Positions 1 to 14,175 of a stretch of 64,000 bases of DNA are shown here, piece after piece (position 1 is the stretch's first letter; the number at the start of each line of letters is the position of its first letter). Under the pieces are notes generated by a model. That model was not told where the DNA came from, ran no database searches, and worked only from the letters and a program-made list of their open reading frames with translations. A program made the translations under genes and the position numbers. The DNA is taken from the NCBI RefSeq assembly GCF_006345805.1, contig NC_043001.1, forward strand, positions 46,004,001 to 46,068,000, given 5' to 3'. The DNA comes from Octopus sinensis. Its lineage: Eukaryota.

Positions 1-1
1 A

Positions 2-300
2 AGGACCATGTACTGCAATAATTTGGGGTTCAAGAACCCATAGCTATTTGATGCCTTTCCAAAACATCTAAGGGAGCTTCATAGGGTAGGAGTAGATGTT
101 TTCAAGAAACAACTTGACCTCCAGCTATCCAAAGTCTCAAATGAACCTATATCAAACAGGTAATTAAAAAGAGGACAGTAGTGTCGAACTCTCTCTTTCA
201 CCAAAAGTTGGCGCCATTTGAAGGTTAAACAATGCAAAAGCGCGTTGTAACCAGCGATGTGCATCAACGTCTGATAGCCTGATCAGTAACGTGACCACGT
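2..300 (+). mobile_element. CR1-group LINE 3' end (decayed ORF2 C-terminus plus 3' UTR)
   Basis: Frame from nt 2 reads RTMYCNNLGFKNP*LFDAFPKHLRELHRVGVDVFKKQLDLQLSKVSNEP, resembling the LFN.LP..LR....FK..LD..L..VPD.P C-terminus of CR1/L2-group ORF2; one in-frame stop; followed by a (TATC)n tract. Confidence 0.7.
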
Positions 301-301
301 G

Positions 302-304
302 GTA

Positions 305-377
<73 letters not shown>

Positions 378-412
378 GTCTATCTATCTATATCTATATC
401 TATCTATCTATA

Positions 413-459
<47 letters not shown>

Positions 460-560
460 ATCTATGTATGTATGTATGTATGTATGTATGTATGTATGTA
501 TGTATGTATGTATATATATATATATAATATATATATATATATTATATATATATATATATA
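302..560. repeat. Compound microsatellite (TATC)n-(TATG)n-(TA)n
   Basis: Directly visible tandem repeats. Confidence 0.97.
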
Positions 561-604
561 AAGTGAAACAAACAGGGTGTCCGTTGCGCTACACTACATG
601 GATG

Positions 605-1038
605 TATCAAGGATTGAGCAGACAGAACAAAACAAAGAGAAAAAGTTAGACAGAAGTAGAGCAAACGTGAAACTAGATGAAAACTTACATGGAAAACTCA
701 TACACGGAATATTTGCAGCTGAGTTTTCCTCGTCAGTCAATGAACCAAAGTATCATCGTAGTTTCGCACCATTGTTTATATACTGTCTTGTTGGTTTCTG
801 CCTCAGTATACACTCGCTAGCTTTTTCCCAGTAACTTAATAACAGCACTAGCACCGTTAAGATTGAGTGGTCTCAATGATAATGGTGCGAAACCACGATG
901 ATATTTTGCTGCGAATACTCCGTGTATTGTGTCTTTGTCTATATTCCCCGTCCGTTAAGTTTTCACCTAGTTTCCCATTTGCTCTACTTTCGTCTAACTT
1001 TTTCTCCTTGTTGTGTTCTGTCTGTTCAATCCTTGATA
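605..1038. mobile_element. Foldback / MITE-like element with long imperfect inverted arms
   Basis: 605-690 (TATCAAGGATTGAGCAGACAGAAC...GAAAACTTA) is the reverse complement of ~957-1038. Inner IR pairs: ATACACGGAATATTTGCAGC / GCTGCGAATACTCCGTGTAT and TATCATCGTAGTTTCGCACCATT / AATGGTGCGAAACCACGATGATA. Both ends are TA. Confidence 0.7.
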
Positions 1039-1057
1039 TGTAAATACACACACACGC

Positions 1058-1237
1058 GTTATGTATGTATGTATGTATGTATGTATGTATGTATGTATGT
1101 ATGTATGTATGTATGTATTATGTATGTATGTATGTATTATGTATGTATGTATGTATGTATGTATGTATGTATGTATGTATGTATGTATTATGTATGTATG
1201 TATTATGTATGTATGTTGTATTATGTATGTATGTATG

Positions 1238-1269
<32 letters not shown>

Positions 1270-1744
1270 TGTATGTATGTGTATGTATGTTGTATGTATT
1301 ATGTATGTATGTATGTATTATGTATGTATGTATGTATGTATGTATGTATGTATGTATTATGTATGTATGTATGTATTATGTATTATGTATGTATTATGTA
1401 TTATGTATGTATGTATGTATGTATGTATGTATGTATGTATTATTATGTATTATGTATGTATGTATGTATTATGTATGTATGTATGTATATGTATGTATGT
1501 ATTATGTATGTATGATTATTATGTATGTATGTATGTATGTGTGTATTATGTATGTAGTATGTATGTATGTATGTATGTATTATGTATTATGTATGTATGT
1601 ATGTATGTATGTATGTATTATGTATGTATGTATGTATGTATGCATGCATGCATGTATGTATGTATGTATGTATGTATGTATGTATGTATGTATGTATGTA
1701 TTATGTATGTATGTATGTATGTATGTATGTATGTATGTATGTAT

Positions 1745-1776
<32 letters not shown>

Positions 1777-1855
1777 TGTATGTATGTATGTATTATGTAT
1801 GTATGTATGTATGTATGTATGTATGTATGTATGTATGTATGTATGTATGTATGTA
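1058..1855. repeat. ~800-bp (TATG)n tetranucleotide array with interspersed TAT variant units
   Basis: Directly visible; source of the spurious MYVC ORFs. Confidence 0.98.
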
Positions 1856-1864
1856 CATTTTCTT

Positions 1865-2030
1865 TATCGTGAATTTGTTTCAGTCACTGAACTGTGGACA
1901 TGCAATGGCACTGCCTTGAAAGGTTTAGTTGAATAACTCGACCGAGTTCTTATAATTTAAGTCTGGTACTTATTTCTTTGATCGACTTTTGCCGAACCGC
2001 TGCATTACGGAGATGTAAACAAACCAGTAT
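1865..2030 (-). mobile_element. SINE family B/C, 3' part (decayed)
   Basis: Resembles the TTTCAGTCATTTGACTGCGGCCATGC...GCCGAACCGCTAAG segment of intact copies at 35789-36141 and 62188-62605. Confidence 0.65.
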
Positions 2031-2156
2031 ACCAACGATTGATTACTTTTCCAGTGCCTTTGAAATGACAATCTCCAGATTACTGTCTTGTCTGATAGCC
2101 AGTAGTATTGGTTGAGCTTAATTGGGTAAACCCGAGCTTTAAAACCAAAATAGAAA

Positions 2157-2345
<189 letters not shown>

Positions 2346-3165
2346 ACTCATTATACATACATGCAAACATACCCTGTCAATTGCACATAAATAATGCAGT
2401 TCGTTTAACTGCATATGCAGATGACGTTAATTTCGGTTAATTGCATAACATTACTTAGGTCGATTTTGAGAAATAAAATTAGTGAAATGTAGTATGAATT
2501 GATCATGTATTTGATTTGAAATGAATAAAGTGATTCTAAAAGCTTCTATTTTCATTATCAGTTGAAATCACAACAATCAGTATTTCATTTTAACAAACAA
2601 CCAATGTGAAAAGGAACCACCATTTTAATGAATTAATGATTATGGAAGTTCAGATTCCAGTGTACATGTCTTTTATCTTGTACTTGTTTCAATCATTGGA
2701 CTGCAGTCTTGAATGATTTTAATCAAACAAATCGATCTTAGTACTTTAAATTTTTATCTCTTAAAGTTTGGTATTTTTTGCTGTCAGTCTCTTTCATTTT
2801 GCCGCTAAGTTATTTGGACGTAAATTAACCAACACCGGTTGTCGAATGGTGGTGACAGGACAAACACAACGCAAATATTAAGACACACAAAAATAGATAT
2901 TGGTTAACATGCAGTTTACTGTCTTAAAAAGTGAAAGTAAATTATACTAAAAAAGTGAAAGTAAATTATGATAGAATGAAGAACTAAGGACAGTGTCAGA
3001 CCAAAATTTCATTAAACAAATTCATATTCACTGAGTAGATTTCGTGCTTGGGTCTTTGCAACATTGTTACTCATGAAATTTAATTCTTTATTAGCTACTT
3101 TATTACTTTATATGAAGTTGTCAGTCGTTTCACTCAATTTTGTTTATCTAAATGACATCATTCAT

Positions 3166-3574
3166 GGATCTTTTCGGTTTGAACAGCAGTTTTTAAAAAT
3201 AATTTCCACGTAACTAAACACTTTTAAACTTCGTATACTGGTACAATGTGTTTATAAAACATCCTTTTCTCTTGGTTTTATTGAGAAAATTCTATAGTTT
3301 GTAAGATATTTGTTGTTGTTTTTTCTGCAATTTCAACCAATCAGTGACGTCTTTTGAGGTGAAAACATTCTGTGCCGTATGAATACGCCCCTCGTTTAAA
3401 AAACAGATTGGGTTTATTTACATTTCTGAAGAAAAAAAGATACTCTTCCCTCCACCCCTAACCCTAACCCTAAAACAGATTGAAATGCAATAGATCGATA
3501 CTAGGGTCATAATTATGGGTGACAATTTCATATGACACCGCCAGAAAAAACTGCCGTTCAAACCGAAAAGATCC
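3166..3574 (-). mobile_element. Merlin-type MITE family M1 carrying a telomeric-repeat cassette
   Basis: TIR GGATCTTTTCGGTTTGAAC(A/G)GCAG; 8-bp TSD TCATTCAT/TCATCCAT; internal CCCCTAACCCTAACCCTAA; homologous to 23899-24303 and 27639-28051. Confidence 0.85.
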
Positions 3575-4050
3575 TCATCCATACTCAAATTACAGAGGAC
3601 GATGGACGCTCGCCAAGAAGATCACATGACAATATGAGACTAGTGATGATTTATTCACATGGTATCTCCATAAGTTTGTGTGGTGAAGCAAATTTAGAAA
3701 TGATGAAACAATTCACGAATCTCATTTCGTGCATCAGTGACTGTTATGTTTTCGCGTAAAAGTAATTGTTTGCATCTTATATAAAATGTACGGTTTTCAT
3801 GTTATATTAAACATACGTACGTTCCAAACATTGGTTGTCATACCTTGTTTACATGAAATTATGGGATTCCCTGTCGTCGCTTCCGTCTATCGCGATTTAG
3901 TTTCATTTTTATAGGACAATTTTTCTTCTTTCAATTTCCTTCTACCAAATCTACTCACAAGGCTTTGGTCGGCCCGAGAATGCATTAGAAGACACTTGTC
4001 CAAGTAGGACTGAACCCGAAGTTTTGATTGTGCAATAACAGACTTCAGTA

Positions 4051-4260
4051 AATATTGATTTCAAAAATTAGCACAAGGCCAGCAATTGGGATGGAGGTGG
4101 GAAAGTCTCCAGTGCTCAATTGGCACTTATTTTATCGACCCCGAAAGGATGAAAGGCAAAAATTAACCTCGGCAGAATTTGAACTCAGAGCGTAAAGATG
4201 GACGAAGTGCCGCTAAGCATTTTGCCCGGCGAGCTAAACGCTTCAGCCAGCTTGTCTCCT
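4051..4260 (-). mobile_element. tRNA-derived SINE family A (Meta-domain-like core)
   Basis: Contains ATCGACCCCGAAAGGATGAAAGGC and AATTTGAACTCAG (B-box-like on the minus strand); many copies in the window. Confidence 0.85.
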
Positions 4261-4482
4261 TGTCTTCAATAAATATTAAATGGAATTTTTTCATTTTCTG
4301 CAACATAACTCTCTCTTTCTCTCTCCCTCTCTCTGCTTATCCTTCACATTCTCGTTCTCCTTTTTTTTCACTGCCTCTTTTTTCTACATCCAGCTCAGTA
4401 TTAATAACTCTCCAATTCTCTCTTTCGTTTTCTGTTCACCTCTCTCTCTTTCTCTCTCTACCTCTCACTTTCTCTCTCTTTT

Positions 4483-4518
<36 letters not shown>

Positions 4519-4564
4519 ATTTCATTTCTTTCTAATAGACGTAACTTGACATTCAATTCTTTCA

Positions 4565-4566
4565 TT

Positions 4567-4613
<47 letters not shown>

Positions 4614-4680
4614 GCTACTGCTACTGCTACTGCTGCTGCTGCTGCTATTGATATTGCTACTGCTACTGCTGCTGCTGCTG
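4565..4680. repeat. (CTA)n/(CTG)n trinucleotide microsatellite
   Basis: Directly visible. Confidence 0.95.
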
Positions 4681-5509
4681 TAATCAACAATTATGTCAAT
4701 CGCTGTGTACATACATCCCTCCCACAACTAACTATATGGGAGCCTCTATGTGGTTGTTTGACCTGCTAGAAATAAGAGCCAAATCTCCCTCAAAATGGGA
4801 ACATATTTGATAATAAAGTCCTAGATACATAGTTTTAAAAAAAAGGAAAAGAAATAGTCACGACCGGAGTGTTTTTATATCTACTTGATCAGAGCTGCCC
4901 AGGGGCTCAACAGCAATAACAGGCACATCATGGTAATTTGTAAGTGGTCGCTAGACCTGCTAGAAACGATAGCCAAAATACACCCTACCGTTTCAAGTGA
5001 AAAAAGAAAATGGATACCATTATGCAATGCAGTCCCTGATGTACAAAAATACGGGACGGTTACCGTTGAAACGCTTTTAATCACGGGTTCGTTCGATCGG
5101 AGTTGCCCTGGGCTAAACAGCAATGAAGACATCACCGTTATCAGTTCTATCATCACCCATTAATAACAGTCTCGTAACCCCGTCGTCACTGCCACCACCG
5201 CTGCCACCATCACCTCCACCACCAGCAGAACGAGTGCAGCTACCACCACCATCACAACGAATGCTGCCGTCACCCCCATCACTGCTATAGTCGTCGCCGC
5301 CACCACTACCATTGCCTCTACCACCAGAATTAACTGTAAATACGATCAGACATCATCACATATTAACCGCGGTCGTTACCACATCACTATCGCTGCACCT
5401 TCACCCACACTATCATAACAAAACTTGTGTCGTCATCACCTGTACAATCACCATTGCCACTTTTACCACCACCATCAACAACATATATCTCACTATTACC
5501 TGAATTTCC

Positions 5510-6120
<611 letters not shown>

Positions 6121-7664
6121 CCGCCAAAAGTACAGCTGCCTCTTTTTTGTTAAATATTTTTTCGCTGTTTAAAGAAGTCTGGTCTACGTTCGAATCTATT
6201 AAATATCCTCCTATCTATCATCATCATCGGCATCGTTACCCTCCTCTCTATCTCCTCTTTTCCCCCTTAACCATTTCCTCCAAGTCTTTCCGCTATTTTT
6301 ATTCTACTTCCCAATTACTGCATCATATTAATTTATACAATTTTTTTTAAAACAATAATATACTTTTATCTATATTTTCTGAACCGTTTTTGACAGTTTA
6401 TCTGCTATGTATTTGCAATTCTGTTCTATCACTCATGTATACCTTTCATTCTGTTTTATTATGCTGTTTTATTCAGATGACAGTTATTCTCATTCTGTTA
6501 GTAGATTTGTAACTGATGTCTTCTACCTACATTCCTTCATTCTTTACATTCCTTTATTCTTGTATTTCCCTCCTATCAGCTGACTCTCCCCACCTCTCTC
6601 TCTCTTTCTCTCTTGTCCAGTCAGTTCAGCCGTAACTGGATGGTTTCTGACTGCGTATCTTTTGTTTTCTATTTTTCTCAAATCAACTGACCGTATCTCT
6701 CTCGTTCACTTGGCTTAACCACAACTGGGTGTCTTCTGTCTACATACTTTTATTTCTAAAATTTCTTCACGCAAAAATATTCTCTGAACAGTTCCCGTTC
6801 AGTAAGTTTAGTCGTACCTTTTCCACACTTTATTTCTCCACTCCTCCACTGTTTTCTTCATTGGAACGCCCTTCCCCTTCAATTATTTCATTCACATTTG
6901 TCTGAATGTGACATTTTCCGTCCACGTGACATTCCCGTTAACATTCCTTTATCGTATTCTTTTTCTTCTTTTTTTTCATCCCTTTATTCTGCTATTTTTA
7001 TTTTGTAATAATTTCAGTCTCATTGAAACACTATATATTCTCTCTTAAATCCTATTTCGATTCTTTTGTATAGCATAGTACAACTTCATTCAATCGTCTG
7101 TCCCATTTAGTTCAACCATCATAGAACGATTTCTGTCTGTATCCCTTATATCTCGTCATCTTTCTTTTTATTTTTCAAATTTTATTTTCATTCAACCATC
7201 CACTTCATTAAAATATTCCATGCATGTAATGATGTCCACTGTCCACGATCTATTTTCTTTTATTTCTCCATTTTCTCTTTCATTCAGCCATCAAATTTAT
7301 CATCCATTAGAGCTATCATGGGTATAGGTAAACTGCAACCAGTGGGACATTCTAAATGGCACGCGTAACGAAAATTTACCTTCAATTTTCTTAGTATGGC
7401 CTGCCTAATGATGAGACATGTCTCAAGCGGCTCACTTCTCGGAAAAGGTTGCTCATACTTGCATTAGAGCAATGATTTCCAATTGGAGTGTCGTGGTACC
7501 CACTAGAAGTGGTTATCAACCTTTTGTAGCTCAGAGCTCCTTTTTATATAATCGCCTCTCCTCATGTTGAAAAAAAAAAAGAAAGAAAAACGAGGAAGTA
7601 ACAATGCGCCAATGTACTATTTTTGTGCAGGAGATTTATATCCAGAGTTTCTTATAGTATCCTA

Positions 7665-8371
7665 AGATCTTTTCCACTTGGCTGCCAACGACAATTTCTG
7701 TTCGAATTGATTTCATATTCAGTGTAATGATACACTTTTATAGGTTATGAATGCCATGAAAATCATTTTCAATATAAATCAATAAATAAAGTGTTATTAG
7801 CTATTCAAGTTTGAAAATTTAGGGTAATTTTAGCTAATTGTAAGCCGCAGACATGTTCATGCCTGTTTCCATAGTACCAAGCGGAACAAGAGAACTGTTT
7901 TTTCTGCGAGAAAGCACGTCTTGACAAATATATTGAAACCACTTGTTGACGCTGTGATCTACTGTTTTATCTACCGAAAGGCATATCGAATGCTTAAAAC
8001 TTTTTTTTTTAGATATTTAATTTGTAATGTGCTGTTTATCGCATTAAATGCATATTGAATGCTTAAAACTACAAAAGACATTTTGTTTACTCAATTTCCG
8101 CGTGTAGAATACAAATATTGACAACACGTGTTATTTTCAGGATGTTGACAAAATGTGCTGTCATGCACAAAATGACAGCTTCCAAATCATGTTTCTTGAA
8201 TGGGTGAAAATGCTCACACTTTAAACCTCTATAATTTTTAAAAGCATTTTTTCATGAAAAACTGAAATAACTTCAGCAATTCAGCTTGGAAATCTACATT
8301 AATGTGCCAAATTTTAAAATTTTCGATAAACTCGAATTTTTGAAATGCTGGCAGCCAAACGGAAAAGATCC
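7665..8371. mobile_element. Merlin-type non-autonomous element, family M2
   Basis: Left end AGATCTTTTCCACTTGGCTGCCA, right end TGGCAGCCAAACGGAAAAGATCC; 8-bp TSD GTATCCTA/GCATCCTA; a related right-end fragment lies at ~32975-33105. Confidence 0.75.
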
Positions 8372-10366
8372 GCATCCTACCCAGCTTGTATCACTTTTTA
8401 GACTTGTTAAATTGCCATGGAAATTACAAAAGAAAATATCCTAGCATGGCTTTGTGATTAAGAAACACACTTTGCAGTCACGTGATTTCGGGTACAGTTC
8501 ATCTGCCGCGGCACTTTGGGTAAGTATCTCCATCTATATTGCAGGGCTGACAGATACCTTACGAGTGAAAATGGTTGGCGGAAACTGTATGAAATCCCGT
8601 TGTGTGTGTGTGTAATCTCTCTTCTCATCTTCGCCCACTTATGATGGCAGGCATGCTCCTGGACTCATAAGAGTTCTAAAGCATGCCTTTCATCGAGTTA
8701 TGTCAAAAGCAACCAACTCCAATTGATCTGGCTTTATCCACAAGCGAGACCAACCGTGTTAATGGATGTTATTCAGTCATCTTATTTGTGGTCAACCCAG
8801 GGTCTCTTGTCGGTTGCTTTTGCCCGTAAAACCTGTGCAACTGGTCCTTTCACATGTGAGTAAACTAACAACGCCGAAAGTTTTGGGTTCGAGCCAGATA
8901 GGAACCGCTTTAATAACAAACGACATCCCGGGGGGTCGTTAAATACAGGGTCCATAGATATGGGTGGGTCATCATGGAATTGTAGAAAAGCCCACTGCGG
9001 GAGATGGCTACGATCGTAGCTACCACGGTGTATCGAGCCGGCTACTGTTTTGATTGACTTTGAACTCGTCGACGGAAGAGTGTAATGCCCGATTTGGCCT
9101 GCTGATTCTCTATGATTTCACTCGTGTACCTCTTACAGTTCGCCCGGCTAGAGTCAGGCAGGATCTGGATGCGTCAGTCCTGATTAGATGGCGTCTGGGA
9201 GGTTATGATCAACCCGCATCGACAAGCCCAAACGAATCTATTGTTGGGCTGATTGATGTACTTGTGGGACGAGTGGCACCGTCCACATTAAAATTTACCG
9301 GTATCGGCTTTGGCCACTAGACTGGGACAGGACCGTGTCCGCGCGCGTCGCTATGGCGCGTGTACCTTCGCGATCATTGACGTTAAAAATAGGGAGAGGG
9401 CGATCGCCATTCGGTAAGGTAAACATATGTGCGCTGAGGGTGCCTCTGTACTCCGTTTCTTAATGCAGGAGCCGATGTCTCATAAGGCGATGAAGCAGCT
9501 CTGTAGATGTTTTAACCCCTTCAACCGCGACACTAGAGCTTCCCGGTCCTACCCACCGATATAGAAGACAAAACTCCCATACAACAACACAAGGTTTGTT
9601 GAGTAAGATGTTAGGACTCGGACAAGATGTTTCTACCATCCTCAATGATCGTTAGAAAATCTGTATAATAGGCGTATATCAGTGTGTATCGGACTAAAGA
9701 TGTAATATATATTAAAGTTGAGGATCCGCATTAGGACATATCCTCGCATAAGTACATATATGTCAAGACGTATATCACTATTAGCATTGATACATGTTAA
9801 GACGATAAGCTAAAATGTATCATTCGTATATTCTCGCGCCAGTTTACCAGAAAAACTGAATGTCACCATTTCAGTAACGGCATGAAACTCATTAACTTTA
9901 ACAAAAAAATTTTTCTCTAACATTGCAAATTTTGCCACCAATATTTTTTCGCATCCTATTCTATTCTCTTCCTTCTTTTCCTTCATTCCTTCCTTGTTAA
10001 TCAGTTGCCCTGGCCATTCGTTAATTTCAGTCCATTGGTGATGACATCTTAACTCTGCAATACGTTATTCCATTAATCTGTTCCGTTAATTGTCATATTC
10101 AGTGTGTCTCCAATTTCATTCTGTCAACTACATATCGCATTCTTATAATCCCTTATCTTTTAATTCTCTTCTGTATTTAGTCAGCTTAGCTGATCTTTTC
10201 GCATTCATTTATTCTACTTTCTCTCTCCTTCTCTCACAAACACACACTACCTACCTACCTACATTCCTACTTACCAACCTGCCTGCCTGCCTGCCTATCT
10301 GCCTGCCTGTCTGTGAGTCTTTCTGTCTGTCCATCCATCCATCCAGGTTGGTATGTAGCTACCTAC

Positions 10367-10765
10367 TTCTTTTCTTCTTGTCTTGAGACAGCATTCACCC
10401 GGGGTGGGTTGTGCTGGCTTCATTCATCCTCAATGCTGCATCTCTCACAAACGCCGACCAGGCCTGGCGATTTAAGGCTAACGACCGCGTGATCTCCAAC
10501 CCACTCCCTATTCCAGCGGCGAACGCCGTAGACACGGGGGCCTAAGTTGGGTTCCAGATCGGCCTTGACTGTCATCAGCCAGGTTTTTCGTTGTCCACCA
10601 TATCGCTTTCGCCAACCCTGAAGGGGAGCTGGGGCAATTGCTTCGTAGATGAATTCTCCTGGTTGACGACGGAGGGCATGATCCAGCCAACGCAGACATC
10701 TCGTTAGGATGGTCGCACCGAATTGTTGGAGACAAAGGGACGCCATCGGACACGAAGGATGCGGC
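10367..10765 (-). mobile_element. RTE-clade LINE 3' fragment
   Basis: ORF 10420-10746 reads RCLRWLDHALRRQPGEFI...GWRKRYGGQRKTWLMTVKADL, a typical RTE ORF C-terminus (LRW.GH..R...R..GGQRKTW); GAA-rich tail at the left end. Confidence 0.85.
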
Positions 10766-11195
10766 GTACCTACCTACATATCTACCAACATATCCATGTA
10801 GCTACCTACATATCCGACTCAATCTTTTCAATGAAAACACAACCGGCAATTTTCAACTGCATTCACTAATTCCTTTATTTTACAGCCCACTTAACCATAT
10901 ATATTCCTTCATTCTTTTAAAATTTTCCCAACCAGACCCAACCTTATTTCGTTCAGTTGTTTCACTCATAATATTATTTGTCGTTGAATATCTTTCATTT
11001 CTTGACTTAATCTTATGTTAGGTCGTTCCAGCCCGGGACAATAATCTAACAAGCGCCATCGTTCATATTTTTTGCAACCTTTATATTCTTCACCTGAACG
11101 TTTCTCTTATTTGATTGTTCACAGCATATTCTCTATGTTCCTAAGTTTCTTGTACTCTTAATTTGTATCCACCATTGCCCCACCCTTCTCTCTCT

Positions 11196-11239
<44 letters not shown>

Positions 11240-12305
11240 AACACACTACCTACCCACCTACCTACGTACCAACATGCCTACCTACCTGCCTGTCTGTCCG
11301 TCTGTCTGTCTGTGAGGCTTTCTGCCTTTCTGCCTGTCTTTCTGTCTGTCCATCCATCCAGGTTGGTATGTAGCTACTTACATATCTATAGTTATACGTA
11401 TATACATACACACACAGACACACACACTCCTCTTACACACACGCACGTTTTCTCTTCCTGGTGGGAGTTTTAGTGTTTATTTTGTCTGGCCGCCTACTCG
11501 GTTGAAAGATGCAAAGGAAAGATATTTTGTTCATCTTTTGCTCATATGTATATATATATTTAAAGATGCATGCATATGTATATGTATGTATGAATAGCTG
11601 ATTGTTTTTACATACGTAGATCTGTAAGTTCTTTATATATAAATATCTCCTCTCTTGCTTTCCTTTTTTTTCTCCATCCGCTGTTAAAGCATCCAACAGA
11701 TTCTACCTCCTACACTTTCTGTGTTTAATCAACTCCTTCTGATCATAGTAATACACCTCCATACTACGATGACGACGACGACGACGACCAGCACCACCAC
11801 CTCCACTTTCAACATCATCGTCGACACTCACGTTAACACAGCCATCCAACATCATCCACCGGTTTAGTCCCGTTTCAAATTAATCCCATGAAGAGGTTTA
11901 TGTGCGTATCCTTTTCGACTTATATATTGTATACAACACAAAACTGATACAAAAACCATTATCGTTAATATTTCTTCTCCCATCACCACTACCACCAACT
12001 TCACTTAAATCTTGGCTTCCAGCGTCGCCACCGCTACCACCTCCACCACCAACACCACCACCGCCACCACCAATGCGTTTCAAGAATTTTCTGACATTTC
12101 CACTAAACAAATATACTCTCATCCAGACGTATCATATGTCAGATACAACGACCAGAACACCGGATATATCCTGTCCACCATTTTGTTTTTCTTTTCTTTT
12201 CTATGATCCATTTCCTGTTTTTAACTCGCGGGCCGATTTATATATTTTCCCTTTTGCTTCTTATTCTAATATTCATTTATTCTCTCTCCCACCCAACCTC
12301 CTTTC

Positions 12306-12357
<52 letters not shown>

Positions 12358-12500
12358 AACACATATGTATAAATGTATGGATGTATGTGTATATATGTTT
12401 GTATGTTTTGTATGTATAATATGCATGTTTGTATGTATGTATGGATTGTTTTGAGGCATATGTATGTATTTGTGTGTATGTATACACAATGCACTGTCTC

Positions 12501-12564
<64 letters not shown>

Positions 12565-12953
12565 ACGCAAATCTATTACTGGACTTTGGCCATGTTGTGC
12601 CACCATCTTCAAAGATTTTATGAAGCGTATCAATCCAACTAGTTAGTCCCGTATTCGTTTTATGGATTTTTAATTAGCGAATGATTGAGTTCACCATTTA
12701 ATTTAAGCATATTTACATTACTAAACTCAAAATCATAAATAAACTTATAAACACTATCTATCTATCCGCCTGTCTGTCTGTCTATAAACCTCGCTTTCTG
12801 CATATGTGTGTATGCATACACATACACACATACACACGCATATATATATATATATATATATATTCGAGAAAGGAACGAACGCGCTAATAATAATGAAGAA
12901 ATAAAAATATTTTTTTTCCAAAATTCTGACTTTTTTCTCAATATATATATATA

Positions 12954-13456
12954 TCTATATATATAAAACTCTAGTTGTGTGAGTCTGTCCCCTTCGATTT
13001 AGATTCCTAACTCCTCCCACATTTTGCGGTGCAGTTTAACCAAATTCGGGTATCTTATAGTCGTGATTCATATCGAGCCCGTCTGACTATTAGCGCGCGT
13101 CAACGATGAGTCTACGATTTTAAAAATAATTTAACATCATTTTTTATTCCATTTTAATGCATAAAATGCATCGTGTGTCGATGGCGGTGGAGTTGGCGTC
13201 CACGCTCACAGCTGCACCTGTTTGCTTCTCCCCCTTCCCTCCTCGTGAAGCTGTGGGGAAGGGAGTGTAAAGAAATCAACGTCGTAATGCGTTGTGAAGG
13301 AGACCAGCGTTCTTTTAGAACAACGACTTCATGGCTTGAAGACACCAAAACAAAAATGGCTAAGAAAGCCCGAATTTATAAGGGAAGTAACTCTCTAAAA
13401 ATGCTTATATAGTTATTTCCCTTACAAACCCGAGCAACGCCGGGCGATACTGCTAG
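12954..13456 (+). mobile_element. Non-autonomous Helitron (503 bp)
   Basis: 5' A|TCTATATATATAAAA; 3' hairpin CCCGAGCAACGCCGGG then CTAG|T; no TSD; near-identical copy at 54109-54625. Confidence 0.88.
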
Positions 13457-13492
<36 letters not shown>

Positions 13493-13545
13493 GCACACAC
13501 ACATACACATTATATATATTATGTGTATGTATATAATATATATAT

Positions 13546-13578
<33 letters not shown>

Positions 13579-13613
13579 GCACACACACATATACATATAT
13601 ATATCTTCCTTTT

Positions 13614-14172
13614 TTCTTTTTACTTGTTTGAGTCATTAGACTGCGGTACCACATTGAAGAATTTTTATTTAGTCCAATGTATCGACCCCAGTACTGACTT
13701 TTTTAAAGCCTAGTAATTAATCTATCGGTCTCTGTTACCGAACTGCTATGCTACGGGGACGTAACATACCACCACCGGTTGTCAAGGGATGGGGGGACAG
13801 ACACAAAAATACACACACACACGTATATATATTCACACACACACACACACACACATACACACATACACACACACGAACGCGAACGCGAAACTGAGTAACA
13901 GTTTTTGCGATGTTTTCCAGCTTTATTAATAAGGCATATTACTCTACCTCCGGTATTCGAGTACTATTTTTGCCCCCTTGTTTCACATTTATGCATTTAC
14001 TCTGGTATATATATACATATACATGACGGGCTTCTTTTATTTTCCGTTTACCAAATCCACCCACAAGGCTCTAGTCGGCCCGGCGCTATAGTAAGAAGAC
14101 ACGCGAGGTTCCACGACGTAGGACTGAAGCCAGAACCATGTGGTTGGGATGCAAGTTTTTTTACCACACATA
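13614..14172 (-). mobile_element. Composite SINE family B/C (tRNA head, CORE-like segment, internal microsatellite, tail)
   Basis: Homologous to 62188-62605; internal (CA)n expansion. Confidence 0.8.
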
Positions 14173-14175
14173 TCC

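Noticed and set aside
291-1936. Long ORFs (LSIY, MYVC repeats; up to 291 aa)
   Set aside because: Stop-free translations of tetranucleotide microsatellites, not genes. The same applies to 5425-6350, 12266-12646, 27099-27366, 37624-37960 and 47804-48368.
3532-3759. 75-aa ORF as a possible host exon
   Set aside because: It starts inside a MITE terminus and has no recognisable domain or convincing splice sites.
6350-7300. Strongly pyrimidine-skewed stretch as a minus-strand ORF remnant
   Set aside because: The translated portions had frequent stops and no recognisable motif.
13154-13412. ORFs repeated at 54330-54581 suggesting a duplicated small gene
   Set aside because: They are internal to the two sister Helitrons, and the copies differ by small indels.
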